The notes under the pieces: model-generated
Databases searched by the model: none
What the model saw: only the letters and a program-made list of their open reading frames with translations
What the model was told of the DNA's origin: nothing
NCBI GenBank assembly: GCA_964414295.1
Contig: CAYPVU010000007.1
Location: 43,492 to 107,491, forward strand
DNA from: an uncultured Candidatus Saccharibacteria bacterium
GTDB lineage: Bacteria > Patescibacteriota > Dojkabacteria > J137
Direction of reading: 5' to 3'
DNA length: 64,000 bases
Shown: piece by piece, positions 47,187-56,805 of the stretch
Layout of the letters: every line of letters begins with the position of its first letter
How positions within the stretch are numbered: position 1 is the stretch's first letter
Program-made: the position numbers and the translations under genes

Positions 47187-48206
47187 TTGAAAGCAATAAA
47201 AAATTATAAAAATAAAATAGAATATACAGATATACCTAAACCAAAGGTTGATGAAAAGTTTAATGTATTAGTAAGAGTAATGTCCGTTGGTTTATGTGGG
47301 AGCGATGTACAAAGAATAGATTTTATTAATTCAAGTAATCAAGAACTAAATCATCCAGTTTTAGGTCATGAAATTTCTGGAATTATTGAAGAAATAAAAG
47401 GAGAACAAGCTATTTTTAAAGTAGGAGATAGGGTGGCAATCGAACCTATTATCTACTGTAACAGTTGTAAATATTGCACAGAAGGGAATTTCCAGTTTTG
47501 CGAAAATATCATTGCTTTAGGTAAAACTATCAATGGTGGATTTGCACAAAAAGTAGTTGTGCCAATACAAAATATACATAAACTACAAGATGATATAGAC
47601 TTCGAAACAGGAACCTTGCTTGACCTATGCTCTGTTTGTGTCCATATTCATAATTTAGCAGGTGATTTTTCAGGAAAAAATATCGCAATAATCGGCGACG
47701 GTGCAGTAGGACTAATGACAGCCTTATTTGTAGAAATCTACAATGGCAACGCAACTGTTATTGGAAAAAGAACAAGTGGCGATTATAATTTTATAAATTA
47801 TTTGGATGATAAGAAACTAAAAGAGATTGAGTCTACTTTTGACATAGTTATAGAAACTGTTGGTAGAAGAAATCTCACTTCCCTTAATCAGGCAATATCA
47901 CTAAGTAAGATAAAAGGAAAAATTGTTGTAGCTGGTGTATTTGCTCCAGAGTTTATGCTGCCAATAACTGCACGAACACTTTTTTATAAAGAAATTAGCC
48001 TTGTTGGAGCTAATTCATATAGTTACGATCATAATAAATCAAGAAGTGAAACTTTAGATGCAATTGAAATATTAAACAAACATTATAAGAAGCTGAGTAG
48101 CCTTATAACTCACAAGTACCCTCTTCAGAAATTTGAGGATGGACTTAATTCATTTAGAAGTAAGGATACAAGTCATGCAATAAAAATAGTATTTAACCCA
48201 AATTAA
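47187..48206 (+). CDS. Zn-dependent medium-chain dehydrogenase (polyol/threonine DH-like)
   Basis: GLCGSD, LGHE, CNSCKYC...C, GDGAVG; TTG start abutting the upstream stop codon. Confidence 0.9.
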   Translation: MKAIKNYKNKIEYTDIPKPKVDEKFNVLVRVMSVGLCGSDVQRIDFINSSNQELNHPVLGHEISGIIEEIKGEQAIFKVGDRVAIEPIIYCNSCKYCTEGNFQFCENIIALGKTINGGFAQKVVVPIQNIHKLQDDIDFETGTLLDLCSVCVHIHNLAGDFSGKNIAIIGDGAVGLMTALFVEIYNGNATVIGKRTSGDYNFINYLDDKKLKEIESTFDIVIETVGRRNLTSLNQAISLSKIKGKIVVAGVFAPEFMLPITARTLFYKEISLVGANSYSYDHNKSRSETLDAIEILNKHYKKLSSLITHKYPLQKFEDGLNSFRSKDTSHAIKIVFNPN

Positions 48207-48227
48207 TTTAACTTTTATTAAAAATTT

Positions 48228-49124
48228 ATGAGTACAAAAGAAGAATTATATAAAAAGTATCCTTGGTTAGAAGTAACAACTACAATGGTTGATTATGTAA
48301 AGCCAAGTTACTACGATAAGATTATTAAGGAATGTGAATATAAAGGAAAGAGTGATTTAGATTATACAATTGATTTTCTAAAAGATCAGACAGGAAAGGG
48401 ATTAAATGTTGTTGAATTTGGAGCAGGTACAGGTAGAGGTACAAAACTTATAATGGAAAACATCGATTTTAATAAGCTAACTCTTGTGGATTTAAGTCCT
48501 CAAATTATGGAGACCCTAAAGGAATTATTCAGTAAGGATTCACGGGTACAGTTTGTACAAAGTGATCACCTAAACTTTATGGAATCTACAGAAGATGCCT
48601 TCGATGTAATGATAACACTATGGAGTTTATCTCACTCTATCCATCAACATTTTGGAAGAAATAAAGGAGATGATACTAAGATAGTTCAAATACTAAAAAA
48701 GTTCTTCACTAATAATATATCTAAGGAAGGAAAAGCATTCATTATCCACTTCGATACACTATCAGATGAGCAAAGAATTTTAACTAAACAATGGGCAAAA
48801 GTTTATCCTACCTTTGCTGATTATTACCACAACAAAATTCAATCTCCTTCTAAACAAATCGTTGATAAAGTATTAAACGAACTAAAGGAAAACAATACTA
48901 TTTCATACAATTGTGACCATATAATAGGAGATGAAATTATATATAAAGATATGAATGAAGCTTTAGAGGTCTTCATGAATTTTCATTTAGAATCACATTT
49001 CAATCAATTGGATATTGTCGAAGAAGTTGTAGAAGATTTAACAAATGAACTAAATAAATATAAAGCCGAAGATGGAACAATCAGAGTTAAGCCAGGCTTT
49101 TTCCTATACACTATAACAAGATAA
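48228..49124 (+). CDS. Class I SAM-dependent methyltransferase
   Basis: VVEFGAGTG, VDLS, FDV. Confidence 0.85.
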   Translation: MSTKEELYKKYPWLEVTTTMVDYVKPSYYDKIIKECEYKGKSDLDYTIDFLKDQTGKGLNVVEFGAGTGRGTKLIMENIDFNKLTLVDLSPQIMETLKELFSKDSRVQFVQSDHLNFMESTEDAFDVMITLWSLSHSIHQHFGRNKGDDTKIVQILKKFFTNNISKEGKAFIIHFDTLSDEQRILTKQWAKVYPTFADYYHNKIQSPSKQIVDKVLNELKENNTISYNCDHIIGDEIIYKDMNEALEVFMNFHLESHFNQLDIVEEVVEDLTNELNKYKAEDGTIRVKPGFFLYTITR

Positions 49125-49129
49125 TTGAA

Positions 49130-49984
49130 ATGACTAAACCCGAGAATTCTAAACTAATCGTATTAGATATTGACAACACTATAAATACTAAAAATCTAAA
49201 TGGAGAAATTCAATTAGTTAAAGAATTTATAGAATTACACACTAAGATCGATTTAAAGAAGAATATTAAAATTGCTTATAATACAACTAGGGGAATCTCT
49301 CGTGTTTTGGAAATGCTAAAAGGTGAACAGGAATATTTCGGTAATGGAGTAATATCAGCATTGAATGGCTCATTGATCTACGATCTTAAAAGTATGCAAC
49401 AACTTGAAGGTTATACAATCTCTGCAGAAACTAGGAAAATGTTATCTGAATGGTTTGTAGAAAGTACGGATATAACTTTTATGGCATTTTATACCAATAA
49501 TGATATATATGGTCATGTATATTTGAAAGATGCTAATACTGTTGATGAATTCTATAAATTGCATGAATCTTCTTTTAATCATGAGAAATATAGATGTATA
49601 TCTGATCCTAAGAGCTATGCTTCATGGATTGAACAAAAAGATATCAATATGATTGAATTCAAAACAGCTAATGAAAATAAAACAAATAAATTCATAATTA
49701 ATAATCCCACGATAAACTTCTCATTTGATGGGCATTTTTATATTAATCCTAAAGGTATAAATAAAGGATCAGGGTTAAGAGATCTAATAAAGTTTCTTTA
49801 TAAAGATGAAAGCAATTTAGACACTATAGTTGCTGGTGATTCTAAAACAGATTTAGCTATGTTTTTGGATTCAAATTATATGAATATCATTGTAGGAGAA
49901 AGATTACAAGAAATTAGAAATGATAATTATACAAGAGTAAGGGATCCAAAAGAATTGTGTAGTATTTTAAGTAAGTTATTATGA
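49130..49984 (+). CDS. HAD-superfamily (IIB/Cof-like) phosphatase
   Basis: LDIDNT, TTR, NGS, INKGSG, AGDSKTD. Confidence 0.85.
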   Translation: MTKPENSKLIVLDIDNTINTKNLNGEIQLVKEFIELHTKIDLKKNIKIAYNTTRGISRVLEMLKGEQEYFGNGVISALNGSLIYDLKSMQQLEGYTISAETRKMLSEWFVESTDITFMAFYTNNDIYGHVYLKDANTVDEFYKLHESSFNHEKYRCISDPKSYASWIEQKDINMIEFKTANENKTNKFIINNPTINFSFDGHFYINPKGINKGSGLRDLIKFLYKDESNLDTIVAGDSKTDLAMFLDSNYMNIIVGERLQEIRNDNYTRVRDPKELCSILSKLL

Positions 49985-50901
49985 ACATATCAAGCAAAAC
50001 AAAAGTTAACAGTGTATACCAATTACCCGCTAATAAGAATCAATTATTAAAATTATCTGATATAACTACTTTGGGAAGTAAATATAGCCAGATGAAATAT
50101 GGCTCTCAGTTAGCAATCAGAGATTTTGCAGAGATGGTATATAGTCAATACGAGAAGGACTTTGATTATAAAGATGGTGATTTATATATAACATCTACCC
50201 TAACCTCAGACATTGATTCTAGCTCACATTTTATTGCAAGAGAACTTCAGGAAATTATCAATAGAAAAAGATTAAAACTTAACCTCAAGTCTTGTAAATA
50301 TATTGAGCTTCTTGCACGAAAGAAAATACTTATTAGCAGTGATTACGGAAAAGTACAGAATAAAAAAGATAGAATTCAATCACAAGGTAATATGGAACTT
50401 ATAACATATCCAAATCTTAAGTCTGATGATTTACTACTTGTTATTAATGATTGTTTCGTGACCGGTGCTCAATGGGAACTACAAGAAGAATTATTGAGAA
50501 GTAATAGGTTAACCTCTCTTATTAATTATTACTATATTATTAAATTTACTGAATCAAACGGTAACTTTGATATTAGTGTAGAAGACTTATTGAACAACTA
50601 TGAAGTTAATAATGATTTAGATTTCTTAAATTTAATTATTAAGCTTTCGAAAGACAAACAGTTAACTTGGAATAAAAGAACATTATTAAGGTCACTAAAT
50701 CTTAATCAAAAACATTTTGAACTATTTATAGATGGGTTGAGAGTCGAAGATTTAGAGACTCTTTGTAATAATTCAGTATTATCAGATACACATCTTGTAA
50801 ATAATGGAGAGTTTGCAAACAAAATTGATTACATGTTAAACGTGTTGAAGAATAAATCCAGAGAGAAGGATTCGAACCTCCGAAGCCCTAAGGACGCCTG
50901 A
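49981..50901 (+). CDS. Type I phosphoribosyltransferase, ComF-like/stress-cluster type
   Basis: YSQMKYG and PRPP-loop-like LLVINDCFVTGA; the last 14 codons are antisense to tRNA-Tyr. Confidence 0.65.
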   Translation: MNISSKTKVNSVYQLPANKNQLLKLSDITTLGSKYSQMKYGSQLAIRDFAEMVYSQYEKDFDYKDGDLYITSTLTSDIDSSSHFIARELQEIINRKRLKLNLKSCKYIELLARKKILISSDYGKVQNKKDRIQSQGNMELITYPNLKSDDLLLVINDCFVTGAQWELQEELLRSNRLTSLINYYYIIKFTESNGNFDISVEDLLNNYEVNNDLDFLNLIIKLSKDKQLTWNKRTLLRSLNLNQKHFELFIDGLRVEDLETLCNNSVLSDTHLVNNGEFANKIDYMLNVLKNKSREKDSNLRSPKDA

Positions 50902-50940
50902 TTTACAGTCAGGTGCGATTGACCGCTCCGCCATCTCTGG
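50857..50940 (-). tRNA. tRNA-Tyr(GTA) with C1:G72 and a long variable arm
   Basis: CCAGAGA TG GCGG AGCGGTCAA TCGC A CCTGA CTGTAAA TCAGG CGTCCTTAGGGCTTC GGAGG TTCGAAT CCTTC TCTCTGG A. Confidence 0.95.
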
Positions 50941-51069
50941 ATATGAGAAAGTATAACAAAAAGTGGGCTATTTTAGTATGTGATGTTACGATAATACAAG
51001 ACTTTTTGATGAAAAAAGTTTAAAATTAGCCAAATAAAATTAAGAATACTATTTATTCATAAAGAACGT

Positions 51070-52194
51070 ATGTTAGACAATCTAAAAAATATAACAGAAG
51101 AAATTCTAGGAGAAGAAAGACTCGTAGAGCTATTAAATTCTAATATACAACCAGTACACTATATTGGATTTGAAATATCAGGAAAACCTCATATCGGTTC
51201 AGGTATTGTTACCATGATGGTTATAAAGGAGCTATTAAAGCTAAATGTTAAATGTAAGATATTTTTAGCTGATTGGCATTCTTGGATTAATAACAAACTA
51301 GGAGGAGACATCGATTTTATAAGGGAGGTAGGCATCCCTTATTTTAAAGAAAACATGTTAGCTGCAGCAAAATGCGTAGGCGTTGACCCATCTAATATCG
51401 AATTCGTAAACGGTTCAGACCTTGCAAAAGATATGCAATACTGGGCTACAGTAGTAGATGTTGGTAGAAATACTAGTCTATCTAGAATTCAAAGAAGTAT
51501 TACCATTATGGGAAGAAAAGAAGGAGATAGTGTAGATTTTGCAAAATTAATGTACCCAACTATGCAAGCAGCAGATATTTTCTACATGGGTGTTCATATT
51601 GCTCATGCTGGTATGGATCAACGTAAAGCACATGTTATTGCTATCGATGATGCAAATCATATGGACATAAATCCAATAATAGTAAACGATAAAAAATTTA
51701 AACCAGTAGCAGTTCATCAGCATTTATTAATGGGTCTTACTCCTCCTTCAAAAGAAATATTAGAACGGATTGAGAAAGGAGAAATTTCTCCAAAAGATGT
51801 TTTAGGGGAATTAAAGATGAGTAAAAGTAAGCCAGATAGTGCTATCTTTATGAATGATTCAGAAGAAGAAGTAATTAGAAAGATTAATAAAGCTTATTGC
51901 CCTGAGGGAATTACTGTATTAAATCCAGTTTTAGATTGGGTTGAAAATTTGTGTTTTAAATTTCCAAATCCAGAGATCAATATCAAAAGAGATGAGAAAT
52001 GGGGCGGAAACATTACATACAAAACATATGAAGAGCTAAAGAATGATTTCGAGCAAAAGAAATTACATCCAAGTGATTTAAAAAAAGCAGTAGCATTATT
52101 CATAAATGATTTGCTTAGTCCCGCTAGAGAGCATTTGTCTAAGCCAGAGGTTGTTGAAATGGCAAAGAAAATAGAAGAAAAGGTAACTAGGTAA
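51070..52194 (+). CDS. tyrS: Tyrosine--tRNA ligase, archaeal/eukaryotic type
   Basis: YIGFEISGKPHIG, LADWHSWINNKLGG, YPTMQAADIF, GMDQRK, KMSKS, AYCP, LHPSDLK; no bacterial S4 domain. Confidence 0.92.
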   Translation: MLDNLKNITEEILGEERLVELLNSNIQPVHYIGFEISGKPHIGSGIVTMMVIKELLKLNVKCKIFLADWHSWINNKLGGDIDFIREVGIPYFKENMLAAAKCVGVDPSNIEFVNGSDLAKDMQYWATVVDVGRNTSLSRIQRSITIMGRKEGDSVDFAKLMYPTMQAADIFYMGVHIAHAGMDQRKAHVIAIDDANHMDINPIIVNDKKFKPVAVHQHLLMGLTPPSKEILERIEKGEISPKDVLGELKMSKSKPDSAIFMNDSEEEVIRKINKAYCPEGITVLNPVLDWVENLCFKFPNPEINIKRDEKWGGNITYKTYEELKNDFEQKKLHPSDLKKAVALFINDLLSPAREHLSKPEVVEMAKKIEEKVTR

Positions 52195-52827
52195 ATGAAT
52201 AACTTTGAAATAGATAAAAAACAATTTACTTTTAAATATAATGATAAGAATTCAAAAATTCTTATCATCACAGGACCAAGATCAGTTGGAAAAACTACCC
52301 TTGCAAAACAATTTTATGATTCTATAGGTATAGATTTTCTGGATCTAGATGATTTAGTTAATGAGAATCTGAGTGAATTCTTTAAGTCTGGCTCTAAAAC
52401 ACCTTTAGAACAAGCTATGGAGGCAAAAAAATATGACTTAATAGAAAGTATAGTTAGAGATATTGTTCAGAGTTTTGATAGTCTAAAACAAGCTACTGCC
52501 ATTGCTTTTGCAGGAGGAGCCTATTCGGGCTATAAAGGGTTATCAGAAGATTTGAAATCAAAATTTATTACAACTGCACTAATCCCATATGATAAGGACG
52601 ACGAACTATCAATTAAATTATTAATCGAGAGAGAATCTAATCGAGAACATTTCAAAAAACTTATTAATGAAGGGAAGCTAGATATGGAAACTTTGTCTAA
52701 TCGTGTACGGAATGATTACATTAAAGTAAATACTTATCTTAGATTAAGTACAGTAGATAAATTAATTTTTATCCAACAAAAAACTCCTATCGAAATAATG
52801 AGTGAGATGCTGGATTTATTAAAATAG
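52195..52827 (+). CDS. Shikimate-kinase-like P-loop kinase
   Basis: GPRSVGKTT, FLDLD, AFAGG. Confidence 0.7.
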   Translation: MNNFEIDKKQFTFKYNDKNSKILIITGPRSVGKTTLAKQFYDSIGIDFLDLDDLVNENLSEFFKSGSKTPLEQAMEAKKYDLIESIVRDIVQSFDSLKQATAIAFAGGAYSGYKGLSEDLKSKFITTALIPYDKDDELSIKLLIERESNREHFKKLINEGKLDMETLSNRVRNDYIKVNTYLRLSTVDKLIFIQQKTPIEIMSEMLDLLK

Positions 52828-52830
52828 CAT

Positions 52831-53583
52831 ATGAAATATTTAGAATATAAATTTGATAATTTCAAAATATTAGTTAGAAATATTGAAGAAGCTCAACGAA
52901 TTGTAAGCGAGAAGTTTGAAAAAGAGGAATATAAATTCGAACTAAAGACAGAAACACCATTCATTATTGATTGTGGTGCACACATAGGAATAACAAGTTT
53001 ATATTTCAAAAAACTTTTTCCTAAAAGTGAAATTCTTGCTTTTGAACCAGATGCAGAAAATCATAAACTCTATAATGAAAATATGAAATTGAATGAATTA
53101 CACGATACTCAATGCATAAACGCAGCATTGTCAGATAAGGAAGGAGAAGGAAGTATGTTTACAAGAAGTGAGACTGAATCTCCTTGGACATGGGCAAACT
53201 CCATTGTAAAAAATATTTGGGGACCAGATAATCCCTATAACAAAGAAGTTAAGATAAACACTAAGAGACTTTCAGAATATATTACAAAGAAGGTTGATCT
53301 TTTGAAATTAGATATTGAAGGAGCTGAAGAAACTGTCTTAAAAGAAATAGAAAACAAGTTGATTAATATAGAAAACATTGTGTTGGAATTTCACGGTACT
53401 AAGTACAATAGAGAAACAAATGATATTTTGAGAATAGCCAATTTATTGATTTCAAGTGGCTTTCAAATAACTATAACACCTGTGGATCTGACTCAGAATC
53501 CATCTGAACACTTTAAACAATATGTTAAAGAAGTAGAACTAAAGCACTTCATATTAAAGGCTACAAAGACCTTTGCGAGCTAG
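52831..53583 (+). CDS. FkbM-family methyltransferase
   Basis: IDCGAHIG, AFEP, LLKLDIEGAE, LEFH. Confidence 0.9.
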   Translation: MKYLEYKFDNFKILVRNIEEAQRIVSEKFEKEEYKFELKTETPFIIDCGAHIGITSLYFKKLFPKSEILAFEPDAENHKLYNENMKLNELHDTQCINAALSDKEGEGSMFTRSETESPWTWANSIVKNIWGPDNPYNKEVKINTKRLSEYITKKVDLLKLDIEGAEETVLKEIENKLINIENIVLEFHGTKYNRETNDILRIANLLISSGFQITITPVDLTQNPSEHFKQYVKEVELKHFILKATKTFAS

Positions 53584-53682
53584 GCATATTCTTATATGCT
53601 AATCTACTCTTCGATATTCTCATCCCAGTAACAAATTCCACCTTTGAAGTAGAGTTATGATTAATTATGGTATGTATTGGAA

Positions 53683-54165
53683 TCATTTAGATAATAAATT
53701 CATTAAACTTTTATATTCTGCTGAATCTTTAAGCCACTTGATACCTTTGAAAGCCTCTTCTTCAGATAGAAATTTAGCAACTGTTACCTTGTCAGCTTCC
53801 GCCTCGCTTTCTCTTTCCATAGGAGATAGATTAAGTGCTGTAGATTCCTTGGAGTAATTTAAAACGAACCTTAATTGTAGGAATTCGCCTTCAGCTTCAT
53901 TTTTCACATAGTAATAGCCAAGAAATTTTGCACTTTTTAGTTCATCTAATGTCAATTCTAATCCTGACTCTTCTTTAACTTCCCTTTGTAGGGCAGTATA
54001 AATATTTTCTTTGTATTCTGGGTGACCTCCTACTTGTTGAAATTTTGTTCCGTCTTTAGAAACTAAAAGGTATTTGTTATCTGTTGAGATAATCCAAATA
54101 TAAACCTGTCTTACAGGTAAATTTAAAGGCAACTGTAAAAGGTCAGAAGTTTCGTTCCACTCCAT
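53683..54165 (-). CDS. NUDIX hydrolase
   Basis: GGHPEYKENIYTALQREVKEESG; start moved to MEWNE at 54165. Confidence 0.85.
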   Translation of the reverse strand: MEWNETSDLLQLPLNLPVRQVYIWIISTDNKYLLVSKDGTKFQQVGGHPEYKENIYTALQREVKEESGLELTLDELKSAKFLGYYYVKNEAEGEFLQLRFVLNYSKESTALNLSPMERESEAEADKVTVAKFLSEEEAFKGIKWLKDSAEYKSLMNLLSK

Positions 54166-54336
54166 AATGTATATAGTTAAAATATATGTATGTAGGATTA
54201 TATCTCTTTCTTCTAGCTTTTGTTTTGTATTGTAATACAAGTTTTAAGTTTATTTACTTCTTATCCTTTGCACTGGCAAGGAGAGAGTTTCTAGTATTGT
54301 TATAATCTATTGAAAATATTTAATAATTTTGAATAT

Positions 54337-55302
54337 ATGTCTAAAAGTAAGAGTGCAATTCTTGTTGAGAAATCAATCAATGCACTAATTTCTTCTATAG
54401 AAATCTACAATAAACCTGATTTTAAATACAGAGAAGAAAACTTCTGCATTTTAATTATTAATGCATGGGAACTATTATTTAAAGCAAGAATACTTAAAGA
54501 TAATAAAAACAATTTAAGTGTTCTTTATATCAAAGAGTTTTTGAATAAAAAAGATGGTACAAAAGGAAAGCAATGGAAATATAAGTTATCAAGGTCGGGA
54601 AATCTTATGACGAAAGAGTTAACTTCTTGTATTTCAATGGTTGCAAGTGTAGATCCTAAATTAAAATCTAATATTGAAACATTAATTGAGCTTCGTGATA
54701 ATTCTACTCATTTTTATAATTCGTCTATTGATTTTATTAAGATTGTTCATGAAATAGGATCTGCATCTGTATACGACTTCGTATACTGTCTCAAAGAATG
54801 GTTTGGCGTCACTCTAAATAAATATAATCTTTATTTATTACCACTTTCATTTTTCATTAGCGATTCAATTGAAACTATCCCGATATATGAAGACGAGAAA
54901 AGATTAATTAAATATATTGAAGATAAAAAAGCTAACTTCCCATATGTCAAATCCAATGCATTACATTATGCTTTCCAAGTAGAAATTACTTTAACTAAAA
55001 AATCTAAGGGAACAACAGGACTATACTTAACAAATGACCCAAGTGCAACAGCTGTGAAAATCTCAGATGAAGATTTGGAAAAGAAGTACCCTTTTGACTA
55101 TAAGTCACTCACAGCACTCTGTACAAAGAGATATAAAAACTTTTCAATAAATCAAAAATATCATAATTTAAGAGCTAAATATGCAAATAATGCTAAATAT
55201 TGCTACGAGAGGTATTTAAGTCTAGATAAGAAAGGTACTGCAAAAAAGTATTATAGTAATACAATATTAGAAGCCTTTGATAAAGTTTACACTAAAAAAT
55301 GA
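54337..55302 (+). CDS. DUF3644 (HEPN-like) domain protein
   Basis: SIEIYNKP..KYREE.F.IL.INAWELL.KA and RDNSTH (RxxxxH). Confidence 0.75.
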   Translation: MSKSKSAILVEKSINALISSIEIYNKPDFKYREENFCILIINAWELLFKARILKDNKNNLSVLYIKEFLNKKDGTKGKQWKYKLSRSGNLMTKELTSCISMVASVDPKLKSNIETLIELRDNSTHFYNSSIDFIKIVHEIGSASVYDFVYCLKEWFGVTLNKYNLYLLPLSFFISDSIETIPIYEDEKRLIKYIEDKKANFPYVKSNALHYAFQVEITLTKKSKGTTGLYLTNDPSATAVKISDEDLEKKYPFDYKSLTALCTKRYKNFSINQKYHNLRAKYANNAKYCYERYLSLDKKGTAKKYYSNTILEAFDKVYTKK

Positions 55303-55314
55303 ATCTACCTACTA

Positions 55315-56805
55315 TTATATATCTACACTTACTGGCATATTTATCTTGCAAATATCAGGTCTCCATCTAGGAAGATTTTCTGCTGACCATTGAGTCATTC
55401 CACCCTTTACCGTATATGCATCAATGCCTTTGTTTCTCAATATAGATGTTGCGAGTTTTGATGTATTTCCCCTATAGCAAATTGTAATAACTTTCTTATC
55501 TTTTAATTCGGGTAAATACTTTTCTGTATTATTTTCTAAATCTAGATATTCGATATTCATAGCATTAGGGATATGAAAATGTTCAAAATCTTCTTTGTTC
55601 CTTGTATCTACTATTACTACATCGTCTTTAGATTTTGCTGTTCCATTTTGTAAGAGCTGTTTCCAAACTTTTTTTGAGTTGTCGTTGAAAGAACTGCTAA
55701 ATGCTTCGTCTACGTTAATCTCATATTCAGAAACATCACTAAATTGCATCTTTTTATTTACCTGTATCTCGTTATTTAACAATTCAACATTTTCAATACT
55801 TGGGAATAAATCTTCGTCTAAATACTCAAAATATTCATTTAGGTAAGGAAATGGACTATCACATGCAATGAATACACAAACTATTTCACCATCTTGATTC
55901 CTTAAATTCTCTAATTTATCTTTTTCCTTTACTTTAGATAGATAGTTGAGTAATCCTCTCAACGCAAATCCAGAACTAGGTCCGACTAACAAACCATATC
56001 TACATAGATTTAAACTTGTCTTGTAAGAATCAATAGTCCCTACTTCTTCAACTTCGTCTACAATATTTTCCCAATCGAATGCAATTTCTCTTAAAAGATT
56101 TTTTGTTCTTGGCCCAGGCACCGGATTATTAGACAATCTAGCAACACCAATATTTTTAATATCTTTCTTTTTACTTTTCAAATATTTTCCAGCTCCAACC
56201 ATAGTACCTGTTGTACCAAGGCCTGCACAAAATACCGAGATATTACCTTGAGTTTGTTCCCAAATTTGTTTAGCAGTCCATTTTTCGTGAGCTTTTGGAT
56301 TATCGAAGTTATTGTATTGACCTGCATTTAACCATCTATTTTCATCTGCCCATACTTTCGCCTTATATATTCCACTTGATTTATCTGAGGGATCTGGACA
56401 GATTGGTTCTTTATTTACAATAATTTCTGTTCCAAATAGCCTAAGCATTTTAAGTTTTCCTGCGGATACTTCATTTGAAACAACCGCTTTTGTATGCTTA
56501 ATTCCTAAGAGTCTTCCGATAATTGCTAATGAAAATACTGTATTCCCAGAAGAGTTTTCTATAACTGTATCAATATTATCTAGATCTCCCCGTTCTTTTG
56601 CTTCCATTAACATATTGTAAGAAGGCAAGGATTTAACATTGTTTAAAGGCAATGTATTCATTAATTTTGCATAAATTCTTACGCCATCTTTTCTAAATGG
56701 ATTTAGATCATTCGAAAGCTCTACCATTGGAATAGGTGGGTTATTATCTGGATTTAAAAAATCCAACATTGCATTGTCACCAGAAAAAACATTAAGATTA
56801 TTCAT
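55315..56805 (-). CDS. Cysteine synthase-family PLP enzyme fused to a rhodanese domain
   Basis: NVKS (PLP Lys), ENSSGNT, GQYNN..NP.AH, GLGTTGT, GPSSG; C-terminal VDTR..HIP.A, CYRGNTS, GGM..W. Likely start at 56805. Confidence 0.88.
   Translation of the reverse strand: MNNLNVFSGDNAMLDFLNPDNNPPIPMVELSNDLNPFRKDGVRIYAKLMNTLPLNNVKSLPSYNMLMEAKERGDLDNIDTVIENSSGNTVFSLAIIGRLLGIKHTKAVVSNEVSAGKLKMLRLFGTEIIVNKEPICPDPSDKSSGIYKAKVWADENRWLNAGQYNNFDNPKAHEKWTAKQIWEQTQGNISVFCAGLGTTGTMVGAGKYLKSKKKDIKNIGVARLSNNPVPGPRTKNLLREIAFDWENIVDEVEEVGTIDSYKTSLNLCRYGLLVGPSSGFALRGLLNYLSKVKEKDKLENLRNQDGEIVCVFIACDSPFPYLNEYFEYLDEDLFPSIENVELLNNEIQVNKKMQFSDVSEYEINVDEAFSSSFNDNSKKVWKQLLQNGTAKSKDDVVIVDTRNKEDFEHFHIPNAMNIEYLDLENNTEKYLPELKDKKVITICYRGNTSKLATSILRNKGIDAYTVKGGMTQWSAENLPRWRPDICKINMPVSVDI

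Larger units (their letters stand above)
21698..50856. mobile_element. Composite genomic-island region between tRNA-Ser and tRNA-Tyr
   Basis: Two serine recombinases, terminase, replication-type ATPase, defence genes and chimeric junctions; both flanking tRNA 3' ends face inward. Internal boundaries are uncertain. Confidence 0.7.
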
